Shown here piece after piece: positions 1 to 11,078 of a stretch of DNA of 64,000 bases. Numbering within the stretch: position 1 is the stretch's first letter; the number at the start of each line of letters is the position of its first letter. Below the pieces are notes generated by a model, which saw only the letters and a program-made list of their open reading frames with translations, ran no database searches and was not told the origin of the DNA. The stretch spans positions 256,001-320,000 of the forward strand of contig JAYQJW010000002.1 in the NCBI GenBank assembly GCA_038142325.1, read 5' to 3'. Both the position numbers and the translations under genes were made by a program. Source of the DNA: Gammaproteobacteria bacterium (lineage in GTDB: Bacteria; Pseudomonadota; Gammaproteobacteria; GCA-002705445; GCA-002716945).

Positions 1-1
1 C

Positions 2-1777
2 GAAGCTAGATACTGGGGCAAAGATATGAAAATCATTGTTGCAGAAAAAGCAAACATAGACAGAAGCGGAGCTGTTGCACAAGGCTTATATGCAATTAAC
101 TGCTACATGGGCATGCAATGGGGTGAAAATGCTCCAGAAGACCATGTTAGATATGCAAGAAATGACCTAATGGGTATGGTGCGTGAGGATTTAGCTTACG
201 ACATGGCTCGTCATGTAGATTCAGCTGTTCATATGTTTGAAGAGTGGGGACTACCACTAATGAGAAATAAAGAAACTGGCCGTTATCAAAGAGAGGGCAA
301 GTGGCAAATTATGATTCATGGTGAGAGTTACAAACCTATTGTTGCAGAGGCTGCAAAAAAATCTGCAGATAAGATTTACAACAGAGTAATGGTTACTCAT
401 TTATTAATGGACGAAGCTAAAGAAAACAGAATTGGCGGAGCGTGTGGTTTTAACATGCGTACTGGTGAATTCCATGTGTTTAGAGCTAAGGCTGTAGTGT
501 GTGCTGCTGGTGGAGCTTCACATATCTTCAAACCAAGATCTGTTGGTGAGGGTATGGGACGTACATGGTATGCACCATGGAGTAACGGTTCTGCATATGC
601 ACTACCTATTGCGGTTGGTGCAAAAATGACTCAAATGGAAAACAGAATTGTATTAACTCGTTTTAAAGACGGTTATGGTCCTGTTGGAGCATACTTCCTT
701 CATTTAAAAACTTATACACAAAATGCTGCCGGTGAGAATTATGAAAAAAAATGGTATGACAATACTAAAGCGATTGTTGGTGAATATTTAGATCATGTAC
801 CTACTCCTACATGTCTAAGAAACCACGCCTTCATTCAAGAAACTATTCATGGCGGTGGCCCTATCCATATGGTGACAATGGAAGCCTTCCAAGATCCACA
901 TTTAGAGGAAATCGGTTGGGAAAACTTTCTAGGAATGACAGTTGGACAAGCTGTTGTATGGGCTGCGCAAGATATTGATCCTAAATATCAAAATCCTGAA
1001 TTAACAACCTCTGAACCATATGTAATGGGTTCTCATGCGACATGTTCAGGTGCGTGGTGTAGTGGTCCTGAGGATTTATCTCCACCAGAATACTTCTGGG
1101 GATATAATCGTATGATGACAGTCGATGGTTTGTTTGCTGCAGGCGATGCTGCCGGTGGAACTGCCCATGCCTTCTCTTCAGGTTCATTTACTGAGGGAAG
1201 ACTATGTGCTAAAGCTGCGGTCAAATATATTAAAGATCAAAAAGCTGTTGGTATCAGAGTATCAGACAGTCAGATAGAAAAATTCAAAGAAGAAGTGTAC
1301 AAACCACTTGAGAATTATACTGTTGGACGTAATGAGATTACAGCTGGTACTGTATCACCTAGTTATTTACTTCCTATTCAAGGTCTGCAACGTCTCCAAA
1401 AAATTATGGATGATTATGCAGGTGGAATTGGAACAAATTATATGACTAATGGAAACATGCTTAAAAGAGGTCTTCAGTTGTTAGATACATTAACTGAGGA
1501 TCTTGAAAAAATTGGTGCTGAAGATTATCACCAGTTAATGAGAGCATGGGAATTAAAACATAGAACTTTAGTTTCTCAATGTGTTTGTGAGCACACACTG
1601 TTCCGTGAAGAAACACGTTGGCCTGGTTATTATTATCGTGGTGATTTCCTAAAACTAGATGATGATAATTGGCATTGTTTAACAGTCTCTAGAAGAGATC
1701 CAAAAACTGGTAAATTTACTTGTGAAAAAGCACCGCTTTATCACATTGTAGACGAAGAGACTGAAAAAGTTTCCTGA
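2..1777 (+). CDS. aprA: Adenylylsulfate (APS) reductase alpha subunit, 5'-truncated by window edge
   Basis: Frame open from position 2 (EARYWGKDMKIIVAEKANIDRSGAVAQGLYAINCYMG); motifs WQIMIHGESYKPIVAEAA, GEGMGRTWYAPW, RFKDGYGPVGAYFL, SSGSFTEGR, ETRWPGYYYRGD. Confidence 0.97.
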   Translation, partial: EARYWGKDMKIIVAEKANIDRSGAVAQGLYAINCYMGMQWGENAPEDHVRYARNDLMGMVREDLAYDMARHVDSAVHMFEEWGLPLMRNKETGRYQREGKWQIMIHGESYKPIVAEAAKKSADKIYNRVMVTHLLMDEAKENRIGGACGFNMRTGEFHVFRAKAVVCAAGGASHIFKPRSVGEGMGRTWYAPWSNGSAYALPIAVGAKMTQMENRIVLTRFKDGYGPVGAYFLHLKTYTQNAAGENYEKKWYDNTKAIVGEYLDHVPTPTCLRNHAFIQETIHGGGPIHMVTMEAFQDPHLEEIGWENFLGMTVGQAVVWAAQDIDPKYQNPELTTSEPYVMGSHATCSGAWCSGPEDLSPPEYFWGYNRMMTVDGLFAAGDAAGGTAHAFSSGSFTEGRLCAKAAVKYIKDQKAVGIRVSDSQIEKFKEEVYKPLENYTVGRNEITAGTVSPSYLLPIQGLQRLQKIMDDYAGGIGTNYMTNGNMLKRGLQLLDTLTEDLEKIGAEDYHQLMRAWELKHRTLVSQCVCEHTLFREETRWPGYYYRGDFLKLDDDNWHCLTVSRRDPKTGKFTCEKAPLYHIVDEETEKVS

Positions 1778-1779
1778 TA

Positions 1780-2133
1780 ATGGCTAAGCTTTTAGAGCTA
1801 ACTGATCAGGAGATTATAGATATTGCAAACCCACTGTGGGAAGACTTAATTAGAACTTCTAATAACAAAGACTACGGTGGGTTTACAAAAAACTTCTCAA
1901 AAAAAATGTTAATGGGGGCTGACGAGGTAACCCTCGGAAAGCAATGGGCTAATAGCCCTATACTCGCAAAATTATCTCCTGAATTTGAAGCCTTAGGTTG
2001 TCTCAAGAGAGATGAATATGTAACCGTGATATTCAAACAAGTTAGTGAGAGTGTTCCTGGCGAATATCTTGGAAGACTTGTCTTGGGAATGCAAGATGAT
2101 GATGTAAAAATTTATGGCTGCACTATTTTTTAA
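1780..2133 (+). CDS. Conserved hypothetical protein, 117 aa, 2 nt after aprA
   Basis: Clean ORF in operon-like spacing; no family recognised with certainty. Confidence 0.8.
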   Translation: MAKLLELTDQEIIDIANPLWEDLIRTSNNKDYGGFTKNFSKKMLMGADEVTLGKQWANSPILAKLSPEFEALGCLKRDEYVTVIFKQVSESVPGEYLGRLVLGMQDDDVKIYGCTIF

Positions 2134-2139
2134 ATTTAT

Positions 2140-2661
2140 ATGCAAACAATTAAAAATATTACAGTTATCTCTGATACACATGGTGTCATAGACGAAGGTA
2201 TTATCCCACATCTTATAGATTCAGACATGATAGTTCATGCTGGAGATATCATGAGCACTGATATTATTAAAAAACTAAAAACTTATTCACAAAATGTCGT
2301 TACTGTAGCAGGTAATAATGATCTACCAGAAAGGTACAGTGACCCTCAAGACAAAGAAATTATATCTAAACTAAATAAGGTAGAACATTTTAAAATAGGT
2401 GAAGAGACCGTTACCGTTGAACATGGTGACAGGTTTGGACATCATCCATCTCATCACGAGCTAAGGAGCGCTTATCCTACATCAAAATTGATCATATACG
2501 GACATACTCATAATCAAGTATGTGATACATCAGAAACACCATGGATAATTAATCCGGGTGCTGCAGGGCATACTAGAAATAATGATGGTGGGCCATGTTA
2601 TATGAAAATTACAATTACCAATAATGATTGGAAAATTAAGCCTTATTGTCTTAAACAATGA
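2140..2661 (+). CDS. YfcE/YsnB-type metallophosphoesterase
   Basis: Calcineurin-like motifs SDTHG, HAGD, GNND, HG, GHTH, NPG. Confidence 0.92.
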   Translation: MQTIKNITVISDTHGVIDEGIIPHLIDSDMIVHAGDIMSTDIIKKLKTYSQNVVTVAGNNDLPERYSDPQDKEIISKLNKVEHFKIGEETVTVEHGDRFGHHPSHHELRSAYPTSKLIIYGHTHNQVCDTSETPWIINPGAAGHTRNNDGGPCYMKITITNNDWKIKPYCLKQ

Positions 2662-3566
2662 CTAATCAGACATTAACCATATTTGGTGGTTCAGGCTTCA
2701 TATCATCTGAGATAGTATTCAGATTATCAAAGCACTTCAAAGAAGTTAGAGTTCTAACCAGAAATATCGATAAGTGTAATCCCATCAAAGTTATTAAAAA
2801 TGTTGAAATATATTTATACGATCCACGTATTGTAAATACATTTTCAACACATCTTAAAGAATCTGATGTTGTTATTAATACTGTGGGCATACTTAATGAA
2901 GATAAAAACAATACCTTTCAAGATATACATTATAATTTTGTTAGATCTCTGTTGAATAAATCAAAAGAACATGGCGTCTCTAAATTTATACACCTTAGCG
3001 CACTAAATGCCAATCAAAATGGTCCTAGCATATATCTTCAAACCAAAGGACTTGCCGATGATTTTATTAAAAAGCAATCTACTAAAACATTTACAACGGT
3101 AATCTTTAGACCATCTATAGTGTTCGGTGATAAGGACAGTTTTTTTAATCGATTTAAAAAACTTTTACAAATATTCCCTATCTTTCCTCTAGCATGCCCA
3201 AACTCTAAATTTTCACCAATTTATGTTAAGGACTTGGTTAGTTTTATAGAAGAATCTGTTCTATCAGATATATATGACAACTCGATAAATAATGTGACTG
3301 GCCCTAAAAACTATACATTTTTAGAGTTGATTAATTTTATCCTCGCTGTGCTAGAAATTAAAAGAGTAATCATTCCACTCAATCACACTCTATCAAAGTT
3401 ACAAGCTATTGTATTTAATTATCTCCCAGGAAATATTTTTACTTTAGATAACTTTAAATCTCTTCAAATAGATAATATTTCATCTGATGGGCTTAAAGGC
3501 AAGTCAACAATTGAAAATATTGTTCCATCGTATTTAGTTAAAAATAATAATAAAATAAAGAAATAA
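2658..3566 (+). CDS. NAD(P)-binding epimerase/dehydratase, complex I NDUFA9-like family
   Basis: GGSGFIS Rossmann motif, HLSALNA, YLQTKG, RPSIVFG. Confidence 0.88.
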   Translation: MTNQTLTIFGGSGFISSEIVFRLSKHFKEVRVLTRNIDKCNPIKVIKNVEIYLYDPRIVNTFSTHLKESDVVINTVGILNEDKNNTFQDIHYNFVRSLLNKSKEHGVSKFIHLSALNANQNGPSIYLQTKGLADDFIKKQSTKTFTTVIFRPSIVFGDKDSFFNRFKKLLQIFPIFPLACPNSKFSPIYVKDLVSFIEESVLSDIYDNSINNVTGPKNYTFLELINFILAVLEIKRVIIPLNHTLSKLQAIVFNYLPGNIFTLDNFKSLQIDNISSDGLKGKSTIENIVPSYLVKNNNKIKK

Positions 3567-3588
3567 TATAAATAAACTCTTAAAGAAA

Positions 3589-4674
3589 ATGAAAACTTAT
3601 CTTGTCGGCGGTGCAGTTAGGGATAAATTATTAGGTATTGAACCTAAAGAGAGAGATTGGGTTGTGGTCGGCTCCTCTCCGGAAGAGATGAAATCTCAAG
3701 GGTATATACAAGTAGGTAAAGATTTTCCCGTATTTATTCATCCAAAAACTGGTGAAGAGTATGCGCTTGCGAGGACTGAGAGAAAATCAGGCCACGGTTA
3801 TACAGGTTTTGAGTTTAACATAAATCCATCTATTACCTTAGAAGAAGATTTAGAAAGAAGGGACCTTACTATTAATGCAATAGCAGAAGACGAAAAAGGA
3901 TTATTAATAGATCCGTTTAATGGGCAACAAGATATAAAAGATAAAAAGCTGAGGCATGTATCCAATGCATTTTCTGAAGATCCATTACGCGTACTTAGAG
4001 TATTGAGATTCAAGACTAATTTTCCTGATTTTGAAATCGTCCCAGAAACAGAAGATAAAATAAATGAAATCATATCCAGTGGTGAACTTGAGTATTTAAC
4101 AGGAGAGAGAATTTGGTTAGAAATGTATAAAACTAAAAGTATAGCCAACTTCTTGAAATATATAATTGATTATAAGTTAGGATTTTTATTTCCTGGTTTG
4201 TCTGAGATTACTCTAAATAATGCTGGCAGTGCTTCTAACTTTGAATCTAATAAATTACTCTCGACCTCTTATATGATTTCAAAATTCGAAGATAATATAG
4301 ATTTATTATGTGACAAAATAAAAGTACCAAATGAATATAGAGAATTAGCAATTATGATATATCAGCACATGGGCAATCTTCTTGATTATAAAGTTTCAAA
4401 TTCTGATGACTATGACAATCTTTTAAGTTTAATAAAGAAACTTGATATTAGGAAAAAAGAGAGGATGAATAATTTTTTTAAGATAGCTAAGGCGTTGGCT
4501 TTTAATACCTCTACAAATATTGATTTTTTTACATCATTAATTTCAAAAATTGATAAATATAGATTAGGCTCGGAACACAAATCAAAAAATAATCTAGAAA
4601 TAAAAAAAATTATAGATAATGAGCATAAAGAATTAGTCCAAGATCACATAAGAGAATATTTAGATAATCAGTAA
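3589..4674 (+). CDS. cca: tRNA nucleotidyltransferase (CCA-adding), short form
   Basis: [58 protein letters not shown]. Confidence 0.95.
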   Translation: MKTYLVGGAVRDKLLGIEPKERDWVVVGSSPEEMKSQGYIQVGKDFPVFIHPKTGEEYALARTERKSGHGYTGFEFNINPSITLEEDLERRDLTINAIAEDEKGLLIDPFNGQQDIKDKKLRHVSNAFSEDPLRVLRVLRFKTNFPDFEIVPETEDKINEIISSGELEYLTGERIWLEMYKTKSIANFLKYIIDYKLGFLFPGLSEITLNNAGSASNFESNKLLSTSYMISKFEDNIDLLCDKIKVPNEYRELAIMIYQHMGNLLDYKVSNSDDYDNLLSLIKKLDIRKKERMNNFFKIAKALAFNTSTNIDFFTSLISKIDKYRLGSEHKSKNNLEIKKIIDNEHKELVQDHIREYLDNQ

Positions 4675-5424
4675 AGCTGTTCCTAGGATAATTCTATAAA
4701 TTATATATGGAGAAAAAGTTACTTTATTAATTGTTGAAATAAATAATTTAATAGTTAAATAGGAGAAGACAAATGAAAGTAAAAATCCTAAGATATAATC
4801 TTTCACTATAATAACTTCATTTGTACTCAATAACTCTACTGTTTGGTAGGTTGATGCCATAAAAATAGCAGGTATTGACAAAAGAAAAGATATTCTAATA
4901 GAATCTTTTCTTGTGAAACCAACTAGCAATGCTGCTGTGATAACAACACCAGACCTAGATACACCAGGCATTATTGCAAGGGCCTGCATAAGTCCAATAA
5001 AAAACATGAGACTGTATGAGCAGTTAATTATTTTTTTGCTCTCCTTTCTATTTTTATCTACAAAAAATAGAGCTAGAGCGAATATTATAGTCATTATTGC
5101 TATTGGTTGAACGTTTCTCATGTAGAGAGAAACATAATCAATGAATATTACTCCAATAATAGGTAAAGGTATCGAGGCAAATATCATCAGCTTCAAATAG
5201 TGTCTACCATCATCAGTCATAACAAAGATTTTTTTTATTTCATCCTTGAAATAGATCAATATCGCCAATAAAGATCCAGCATGTAATGCAATATCAAATC
5301 CTAGCCCTTGATCAGGAAAATTACTAAGTTCAGATAATAAGACTAGATGTGAGCTACTTGATATTGGTAAAAACTCTGTCACCCCTTGGATGAAGGATAA
5401 TATAATTATATTTATTATTTCCAT
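4660..5424 (-). CDS. uppP: Undecaprenyl-diphosphate phosphatase
   Basis: [36 protein letters not shown]. Confidence 0.96.
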   Translation of the reverse strand: MEIINIIILSFIQGVTEFLPISSSSHLVLLSELSNFPDQGLGFDIALHAGSLLAILIYFKDEIKKIFVMTDDGRHYLKLMIFASIPLPIIGVIFIDYVSLYMRNVQPIAIMTIIFALALFFVDKNRKESKKIINCSYSLMFFIGLMQALAIMPGVSRSGVVITAALLVGFTRKDSIRISFLLSIPAIFMASTYQTVELLSTNEVIIVKDYILGFLLSFVFSYLTIKLFISTINKVTFSPYIIYRIILGTALLII

Positions 5425-6506
5425 TACAATTTCATTATGTCGTTTTTAATAAAATTCTTATTAGAGACACTTTTTACATTCTTTCCAGCAATTAATACTT
5501 TAAATATTTCACCCATCTGATTGGGCATAATTAATTTTTTAATTGACGTTAATTCACCTATATTTTTTATGTCAATATCATCAAGAATATCATAACTCAG
5601 TAAGTAATTAGCTTGACTCATAAACGCATAAGGAGACCACTTGTTATATTCTAATATGTTTTTAAGGTATGAAAAGTTCACAAAGGAGCTTACATCCTTC
5701 TCACCAATATCTTCTAACGGATCAAAATCGGATAAATGATCTTTAATACATGCTATAGTCCCGTGTATCCTATCATCGATATACAGCTCATTTGCAGAAT
5801 AACCGTAGTCAAAAATTAGAAAATAAGCCTTGTCAATGTATCTACTAATATTATTGATTATGTCATATTGTGCTCGACTAAACTCAAACAAGTAATTATC
5901 TACTAGTTCACTGGGTAGCGACAGGTATTTAGCTTGTATCTCTGAGAATAGATCATATTCCTTCCATGATATTTTAAATTCATCATTGACATAAGCCTTA
6001 TGGAATAAATTGTTCTTATGTTTAATAATATCAGTTGGAATACAGTCGAATAATTCATTAGTTATAATAAATGCTTCGCTTGGTAAGTCTTCATATTTAT
6101 TAATCCAAATAAAATCTACAGATCCTCCTAGTTCAAGAGCATCTATCACTTTCTTTTGTATTTTTGTTAACTTGGATGACTTCTCTAAGAAATAATATCT
6201 TTTTGGTAGACATTCTTTCTTTTTCAAATACAGAATCAAATCTCTCGCCAGCTCAGCATTACCAGCTCCAAACTCTAAAATATTAATAATCTTTTCCTCA
6301 TTAGAAACTCTGATAAAATTTTTTGCGATGCAATGAGAAAAATGTTTGGAAACTAATGGGGAAGTTATAAAGTGACCATCTTTGCCTATCACTTGGTCTT
6401 TTTCATAAAGACCGTAATCTTTATCAAAGAGAATTATTTCCATATATTCTGAGAAACTTATATTTTTATCTTTCTTTATTCTTAATTTTAGTTTCTCTCT
6501 CAACAA
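5424..6506 (-). CDS. SAM-dependent methyltransferase, MidA/NDUFAF7 family
   Basis: ISFSEYM..L, HFITSP, EFGAGNAELA, NELFDCIP, DYGY, MGEIFKVL. Confidence 0.9.
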   Translation of the reverse strand: MLREKLKLRIKKDKNISFSEYMEIILFDKDYGLYEKDQVIGKDGHFITSPLVSKHFSHCIAKNFIRVSNEEKIINILEFGAGNAELARDLILYLKKKECLPKRYYFLEKSSKLTKIQKKVIDALELGGSVDFIWINKYEDLPSEAFIITNELFDCIPTDIIKHKNNLFHKAYVNDEFKISWKEYDLFSEIQAKYLSLPSELVDNYLFEFSRAQYDIINNISRYIDKAYFLIFDYGYSANELYIDDRIHGTIACIKDHLSDFDPLEDIGEKDVSSFVNFSYLKNILEYNKWSPYAFMSQANYLLSYDILDDIDIKNIGELTSIKKLIMPNQMGEIFKVLIAGKNVKSVSNKNFIKNDIMKL

Positions 6507-6575
6507 ATCTAGCCTCTTCTAATAATTACTTTACAATTAGTATAAATTAATTTTAGATTATGTAATTATATATCA

Positions 6576-7310
6576 ATGATGAATAAAGTCGTATTAATTA
6601 CTGGTGGGGCGAGAAGAATAGGTGCGGAAACTGCAAACTATCTCCATTCAAAAGGGATGAATATTTTGATAACTTACAGTAAGTCTGCTAGTGCAGCAAG
6701 AGCACTGAGAAAGTCATTGAATTCTAAACGAGAAAAATCTTGTGAGATATATAGAGTAGAGTTTAAATCTAACTTGAATTATAAGAATGTTGCGAATGAT
6801 ATTTTAAAAATATTTGGTCGAATAGATTATCTTATTAACAATGCATCTAAATTTTATCCAACTAAAATTAACGATGTCTCAGAGAAAGTATGGCTTGATA
6901 CTATTGATACAAATATAAAAGCGCCATTATTTTTATCAAAATATTTGTTTATAGAATTAAAGAAAAGAAAAGGGGCTATCATCAACATTATCGATATTCA
7001 TGTGGAACCACCACTTAAAGATCATATTATTTACAACATTAGCAAAGCTGGTTTGCTTGCACTCACAAGATCTCTTGCAAAAGATCTAGCGCCACATATC
7101 AGAGTAAACGGAGTTTCTCCAGGAGCTATCATGTGGCCGGAGAGTGATTCAAGCAAGAAGAAAAAACTAGATATTATAAGTAAAATACCAATGAGATCAA
7201 CTGGAGAGCCTTTGGATATTGCCAAAACTGTTTACTTTCTATTAGAAGAAAGCCCATACATCACAGGTCAAAATATTAATGTTGATGGCGGAAGACGTCT
7301 TAATATGTAG
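6576..7310 (+). CDS. folM: Pteridine reductase (FolM/PTR1-like short-chain dehydrogenase)
   Basis: TGGARRIG, LINNASKFYPT, YNISK, VNGVSPGAI, ITGQNINVDGG; adjacent to folK/folB. Confidence 0.85.
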   Translation: MMNKVVLITGGARRIGAETANYLHSKGMNILITYSKSASAARALRKSLNSKREKSCEIYRVEFKSNLNYKNVANDILKIFGRIDYLINNASKFYPTKINDVSEKVWLDTIDTNIKAPLFLSKYLFIELKKRKGAIINIIDIHVEPPLKDHIIYNISKAGLLALTRSLAKDLAPHIRVNGVSPGAIMWPESDSSKKKKLDIISKIPMRSTGEPLDIAKTVYFLLEESPYITGQNINVDGGRRLNM

Positions 7311-7734
7311 TCATAGCGGTAGTTGAAATTAAATACAAGCTTATGCATAAAATTCCAGTTACAGGTATTCTCAACTTGATGTAGTATTCCATAGGAAAAT
7401 ATCCTTTCAATGTTACATATAAATCGATAATTAGCTGTATAAGAAGCAGAAGAATTATCGCACTTAAAATCGATACTTGATTGAATTCAAATAAATTTAA
7501 TAAAAGAATTACCATTGAGAGTAAACTTGGCAAGAAGCCATGAAGCTCAAGGAATATATTATTTTTATTAAAATCCCAATTATATGCACCAATAAAAGTA
7601 TAGATAATACATGCCATATAGATGGCAATGTCATTTACAAATTCTGTCTTGAAATGCCCTAAAAAATATAAATCAATAATTAAGTAAATAAAAGGTATTA
7701 GCCCTGAATAGGAAATTAAGTATTTTATATTCAT
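7300..7734 (-). CDS. Multi-pass membrane protein, DUF3429-like
   Basis: LISYSGLIPF, IYTFIGAYNW, YIKLRIPVT pattern; four hydrophobic segments. Confidence 0.7.
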   Translation of the reverse strand: MNIKYLISYSGLIPFIYLIIDLYFLGHFKTEFVNDIAIYMACIIYTFIGAYNWDFNKNNIFLELHGFLPSLLSMVILLLNLFEFNQVSILSAIILLLLIQLIIDLYVTLKGYFPMEYYIKLRIPVTGILCISLYLISTTAMTTY

Positions 7735-8237
7735 TACTTAAATCTAAAATTAATTTTTTTAATGATCATTTTCTGATATCTCGTATCAGACAACATGGTA
7801 TTATGTGTCTTTTTTGTTATTGGGTGGATAAACCCAGGTTCCAAATCATAAAGAGGGCGTAGAACGAAATCAAACTTTATAATTTCAGATCTTGGTATGT
7901 TTCTACTATCATCGATTAGATCATCATAGTATAGAATATCTATATCAAGAGTTCTCGAGCTAAATTTTACTTCATCAGCATGTCTGCCGTTTAACTCTTC
8001 TATTTCATTTAATTTAGTTTTTAATGATATTACATCTAATGTTGTTTCAAAATATGCTGCTAAATTATAAAAATTTGGACCACTAAAGCCCATTGAAGAT
8101 GTTTCATAAACTGGAGAAAGTTTTATTACATTAAAACAATTTTTTAACGCTTTTAGACATTGGTTGATATGTAAAATAGGTTCGATATTGCTACCAATGC
8201 CTACGAATACTTTATGGATCTTTTCTATATCGTTCAA
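7734..8237 (-). CDS. folK: 2-amino-4-hydroxy-6-hydroxymethyldihydropteridine diphosphokinase
   Basis: GIGSNI, SPVYET, FYNLA, SRTLDIDIL, FVLRPL. Confidence 0.95.
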   Translation of the reverse strand: MNDIEKIHKVFVGIGSNIEPILHINQCLKALKNCFNVIKLSPVYETSSMGFSGPNFYNLAAYFETTLDVISLKTKLNEIEELNGRHADEVKFSSRTLDIDILYYDDLIDDSRNIPRSEIIKFDFVLRPLYDLEPGFIHPITKKTHNTMLSDTRYQKMIIKKINFRFK

Positions 8238-8571
8238 TTATTACCCCAACTTCTTTTGACCCTGTAACTGCACCAGGTTTACTAAATCTACCCTTAATAT
8301 AATTAACATTAAATTTATCAAATATTAATTTTACAGATTCTTCTGCAAGCGCTTCAATTAATTGAAATTCACTATCTCCGATAAATGATTTGAGTGTCTT
8401 TGAAACTGCTTTATAATCAACGGTATCGTCAATTACATCACTATTTGAAGCGTTACTTATGTCGGTACCTAGTTCCAGATCAATACAAACAAACTGTTTA
8501 ATTTTTCTTTCCCAGTCATAAATACCAATAACTGTTTCTATACAAAGCTCTTTTATAAATACAATATCCAT
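8212..8571 (-). CDS. folB: Dihydroneopterin aldolase
   Basis: DIVFIKEL, IGIYDWER, VDY, LIEALAE, KPGAV, VGVIIER. Confidence 0.96.
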   Translation of the reverse strand: MDIVFIKELCIETVIGIYDWERKIKQFVCIDLELGTDISNASNSDVIDDTVDYKAVSKTLKSFIGDSEFQLIEALAEESVKLIFDKFNVNYIKGRFSKPGAVTGSKEVGVIIERYRKDP

Positions 8572-8647
8572 ATTATTCTCTCTTTTTTGACGGTATTCAG
8601 TATTGTATCTGATTAGGTTTCTGATATCATTACTGAGTTACGAAATC

Positions 8648-8875
8648 ATGTCTAAAATCTGCGATATAACAAAAAAAAGGGTTATGGTAGGAAATAACGT
8701 CTCACACGCGAAAAATCGCACAAGACGTACATTTGAACCTAATCTTCACTCGCACAGACTTTGGTCAGAAAAACAAAATAAGTTCATTAAACTTACTTTG
8801 TCAAATAAAGGTCTAAGAATAGTTAACAAACTAGGTTTAGATCAAGCATTATCAAAATTCGGTCTAGAACGATGA
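8648..8875 (+). CDS. rpmB: 50S ribosomal protein L28 (start moved to ATG 8648)
   Basis: [33 protein letters not shown]. Confidence 0.97.
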   Translation: MSKICDITKKRVMVGNNVSHAKNRTRRTFEPNLHSHRLWSEKQNKFIKLTLSNKGLRIVNKLGLDQALSKFGLER

Positions 8876-9027
8876 GAGATAAGATAAAACTAGTTTCATC
8901 AGCTGGTACAGGACATTTTTATACTACAACAAAAAACAAGAAAACTATGCCAGATAAGATGGAGATTAAGAAGTTTGACCCTGTAGTGAGAAAATACGTT
9001 ATTTACTCTGAAAAGAAAATCAAATAA
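8872..9027 (+). CDS. rpmG: 50S ribosomal protein L33 (not in ORF track)
   Basis: Hand translation [51 protein letters not shown]; ATGA overlap with rpmB. Confidence 0.97.
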   Translation: MRDKIKLVSSAGTGHFYTTTKNKKTMPDKMEIKKFDPVVRKYVIYSEKKIK

Positions 9028-10171
9028 CTTTATAACTCTTTAGTCTAATAAGAAAATCATCAACGGCTTCGTTGCCGTGACTTTTAGCTTCTTCAATCCA
9101 ATTGTTTAATATCTCAATGAAATTCTCATGTTTTACTTCTCTGGAGTGTAAAAGCTCGTGAAGTTTATTTTTGAGATTATATATAGTATTGAGTTTGATA
9201 TTACTAGCGAGATATTTATTAACAATTGTTTCTTCATTTTGATTTAGTCTATTAGGATGATCAGCTAATAATTTAAATGAAAGTTTAAACTTTTCTTTTT
9301 TATAAATAGGTTTTAATACTTTATGTGTAAAATCTGTAATTACAGCTAATTTTGATTGAAGTAATGATTGAGTAATAATTTTAGAATCAGTATTTTCTGT
9401 TTCTTGAATAATCGGCTTAGGCGCTAAGCGTTTTACAGAACATAATTTTAAAAAACCAAAAATTTTGATATACATCCATCCAATGTCAAACTCCCAAGGC
9501 CTCAGTGAAAATTTAGCTGCAGTTGGATACGCATGGTGATTATTATGTAACTCCTCACCACCGATAATTATTCCTATTGGTGACATGTTAGTTGAATCAT
9601 CATTTGTATTATAATTTCTGTATCCCCAGTAATGACCTGCGCCGTTAATTCCGCCTGCTGCAAATATTGGAGTCCACATCATTTGGATTGACCAAATAAT
9701 AATACCAACAGTACCAAACATAATAATGTTGAGGATAAATAGAATGAGTATTCCAAGATTATTTCTTCCAGTATATAGTTTCTTCTCTATCCAATCATTC
9801 GGGCAATTCTGAGAGTATTTCTCTATAGTTTCCTTATTATTTTTTTCTTTATGGTATAGGTCTGCACCTTGGAACAAAACCTTATTTATTCCATAGACAG
9901 CAGGACTATGAGGATCATTTTCTGTTTCCACTTTGGCATGATGTTTTCTGTGAATTGCAACCCAGTCTGCTGTTCTCATTGATGTAGTTAGCCACAACCA
10001 AAATCTAAAAAAATGAGATAAGATTGGATGAATAGTTATCGCTGAGTGACAAACTCCTCTGTGAAGATAGAGAGTTATAGCTACAATGGTTATATGTGTG
10101 ACAGCAAGAGTGTAGAGAACGTATTCAAGCGTGCTAAATGGTATAATTCCGTTGATGAAAATGTCTATCAT
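9020..10171 (-). CDS. desA: Delta-9 acyl-CoA/lipid desaturase
   Basis: His boxes HRGVCH, HRKHH, HNNHH; WEFDIGW. Confidence 0.92.
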   Translation of the reverse strand: MIDIFINGIIPFSTLEYVLYTLAVTHITIVAITLYLHRGVCHSAITIHPILSHFFRFWLWLTTSMRTADWVAIHRKHHAKVETENDPHSPAVYGINKVLFQGADLYHKEKNNKETIEKYSQNCPNDWIEKKLYTGRNNLGILILFILNIIMFGTVGIIIWSIQMMWTPIFAAGGINGAGHYWGYRNYNTNDDSTNMSPIGIIIGGEELHNNHHAYPTAAKFSLRPWEFDIGWMYIKIFGFLKLCSVKRLAPKPIIQETENTDSKIITQSLLQSKLAVITDFTHKVLKPIYKKEKFKLSFKLLADHPNRLNQNEETIVNKYLASNIKLNTIYNLKNKLHELLHSREVKHENFIEILNNWIEEAKSHGNEAVDDFLIRLKSYKVI

Positions 10172-10226
10172 ATCTATATTATTAGTTCCTTATGTTAACA
10201 AGAAAAAATTTTATATCCAAATCATT

Positions 10227-11078
10227 ATGCCTGAATTACCAGAAGTTGAAACAGTAAAATTACTAGTAGATAAGCGAGTTTGTAATAAAAGGATTAAAAA
10301 AATTAAGGTTTTGAACCCAAAACTACGCTGGCCTATTGATATTAGCAACATGGATAAACTAAAAAATAAATCAATCAAACAAGTTACAAGAAGGGGTAAA
10401 TATATATTACTTGAGATTGATGACTCATCTCAAGTGTTGATCATACACTTAGGTATGACAGGCGTTATAAGATTTACTGACACAAAGAGATTCACTAGAC
10501 AAAAGCATGATCATTTATTGATATTTTTTGATGATTTTATTTTAGTTTATAATGACACTAGAAAATTTGGTTCAATACATATAACTAAAGATATTAGTAA
10601 TATGTTTTTATTAAGAGATCTCGGGCTCGAACCGCTGTCAATTGAATTCACTGATCAATACCTACTTAATATAGCAAAATCCAGAAAATGCACTGTTAAG
10701 GATTTAATTATGAACCAAAGAGTAGTGGTAGGAGTAGGTAATATATATGCAACAGAATCATTGTTTTTGTCAAAAATAAATCCAGCAATTTGTGCGAATG
10801 AAATAAAAAAAAATCAGTATAAAAAATTGGTTCAAAACATAAAACTAGTTCTTTCAAAATCAATTAAAATGGGCGGGTCAACTATAAAAGACTTTGTAAA
10901 TGCAGAAGGTAAACCAGGATACTTTTCACAAAAGCTTTTGGTGTATCAAAAAAAATATTGTCCTATTCACAAGAAGCATTCACTGAGTAGTATTAAAATC
11001 TCAGGACGCTCTTCTTTTTATTGCAGTAAATGCCAACCTCTCTATTTAAGAGCCAATATCAGTCCTGTAAAAAATTAA
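10227..11078 (+). CDS. mutM: Formamidopyrimidine-DNA glycosylase (start at MPELPEVE)
   Basis: PELPEVET, RRGKY, HLGMTG, DTRKFG, GVGNIYATE, GGSTIKDF. Confidence 0.96.
   Translation: MPELPEVETVKLLVDKRVCNKRIKKIKVLNPKLRWPIDISNMDKLKNKSIKQVTRRGKYILLEIDDSSQVLIIHLGMTGVIRFTDTKRFTRQKHDHLLIFFDDFILVYNDTRKFGSIHITKDISNMFLLRDLGLEPLSIEFTDQYLLNIAKSRKCTVKDLIMNQRVVVGVGNIYATESLFLSKINPAICANEIKKNQYKKLVQNIKLVLSKSIKMGGSTIKDFVNAEGKPGYFSQKLLVYQKKYCPIHKKHSLSSIKISGRSSFYCSKCQPLYLRANISPVKN

Noticed and set aside
9020-9400. Extra C-terminal helical domain on the desaturase as a possible mobile-element remnant
   Set aside because: This extension is typical of proteobacterial DesA; no inverted repeats or catalytic transposase motifs
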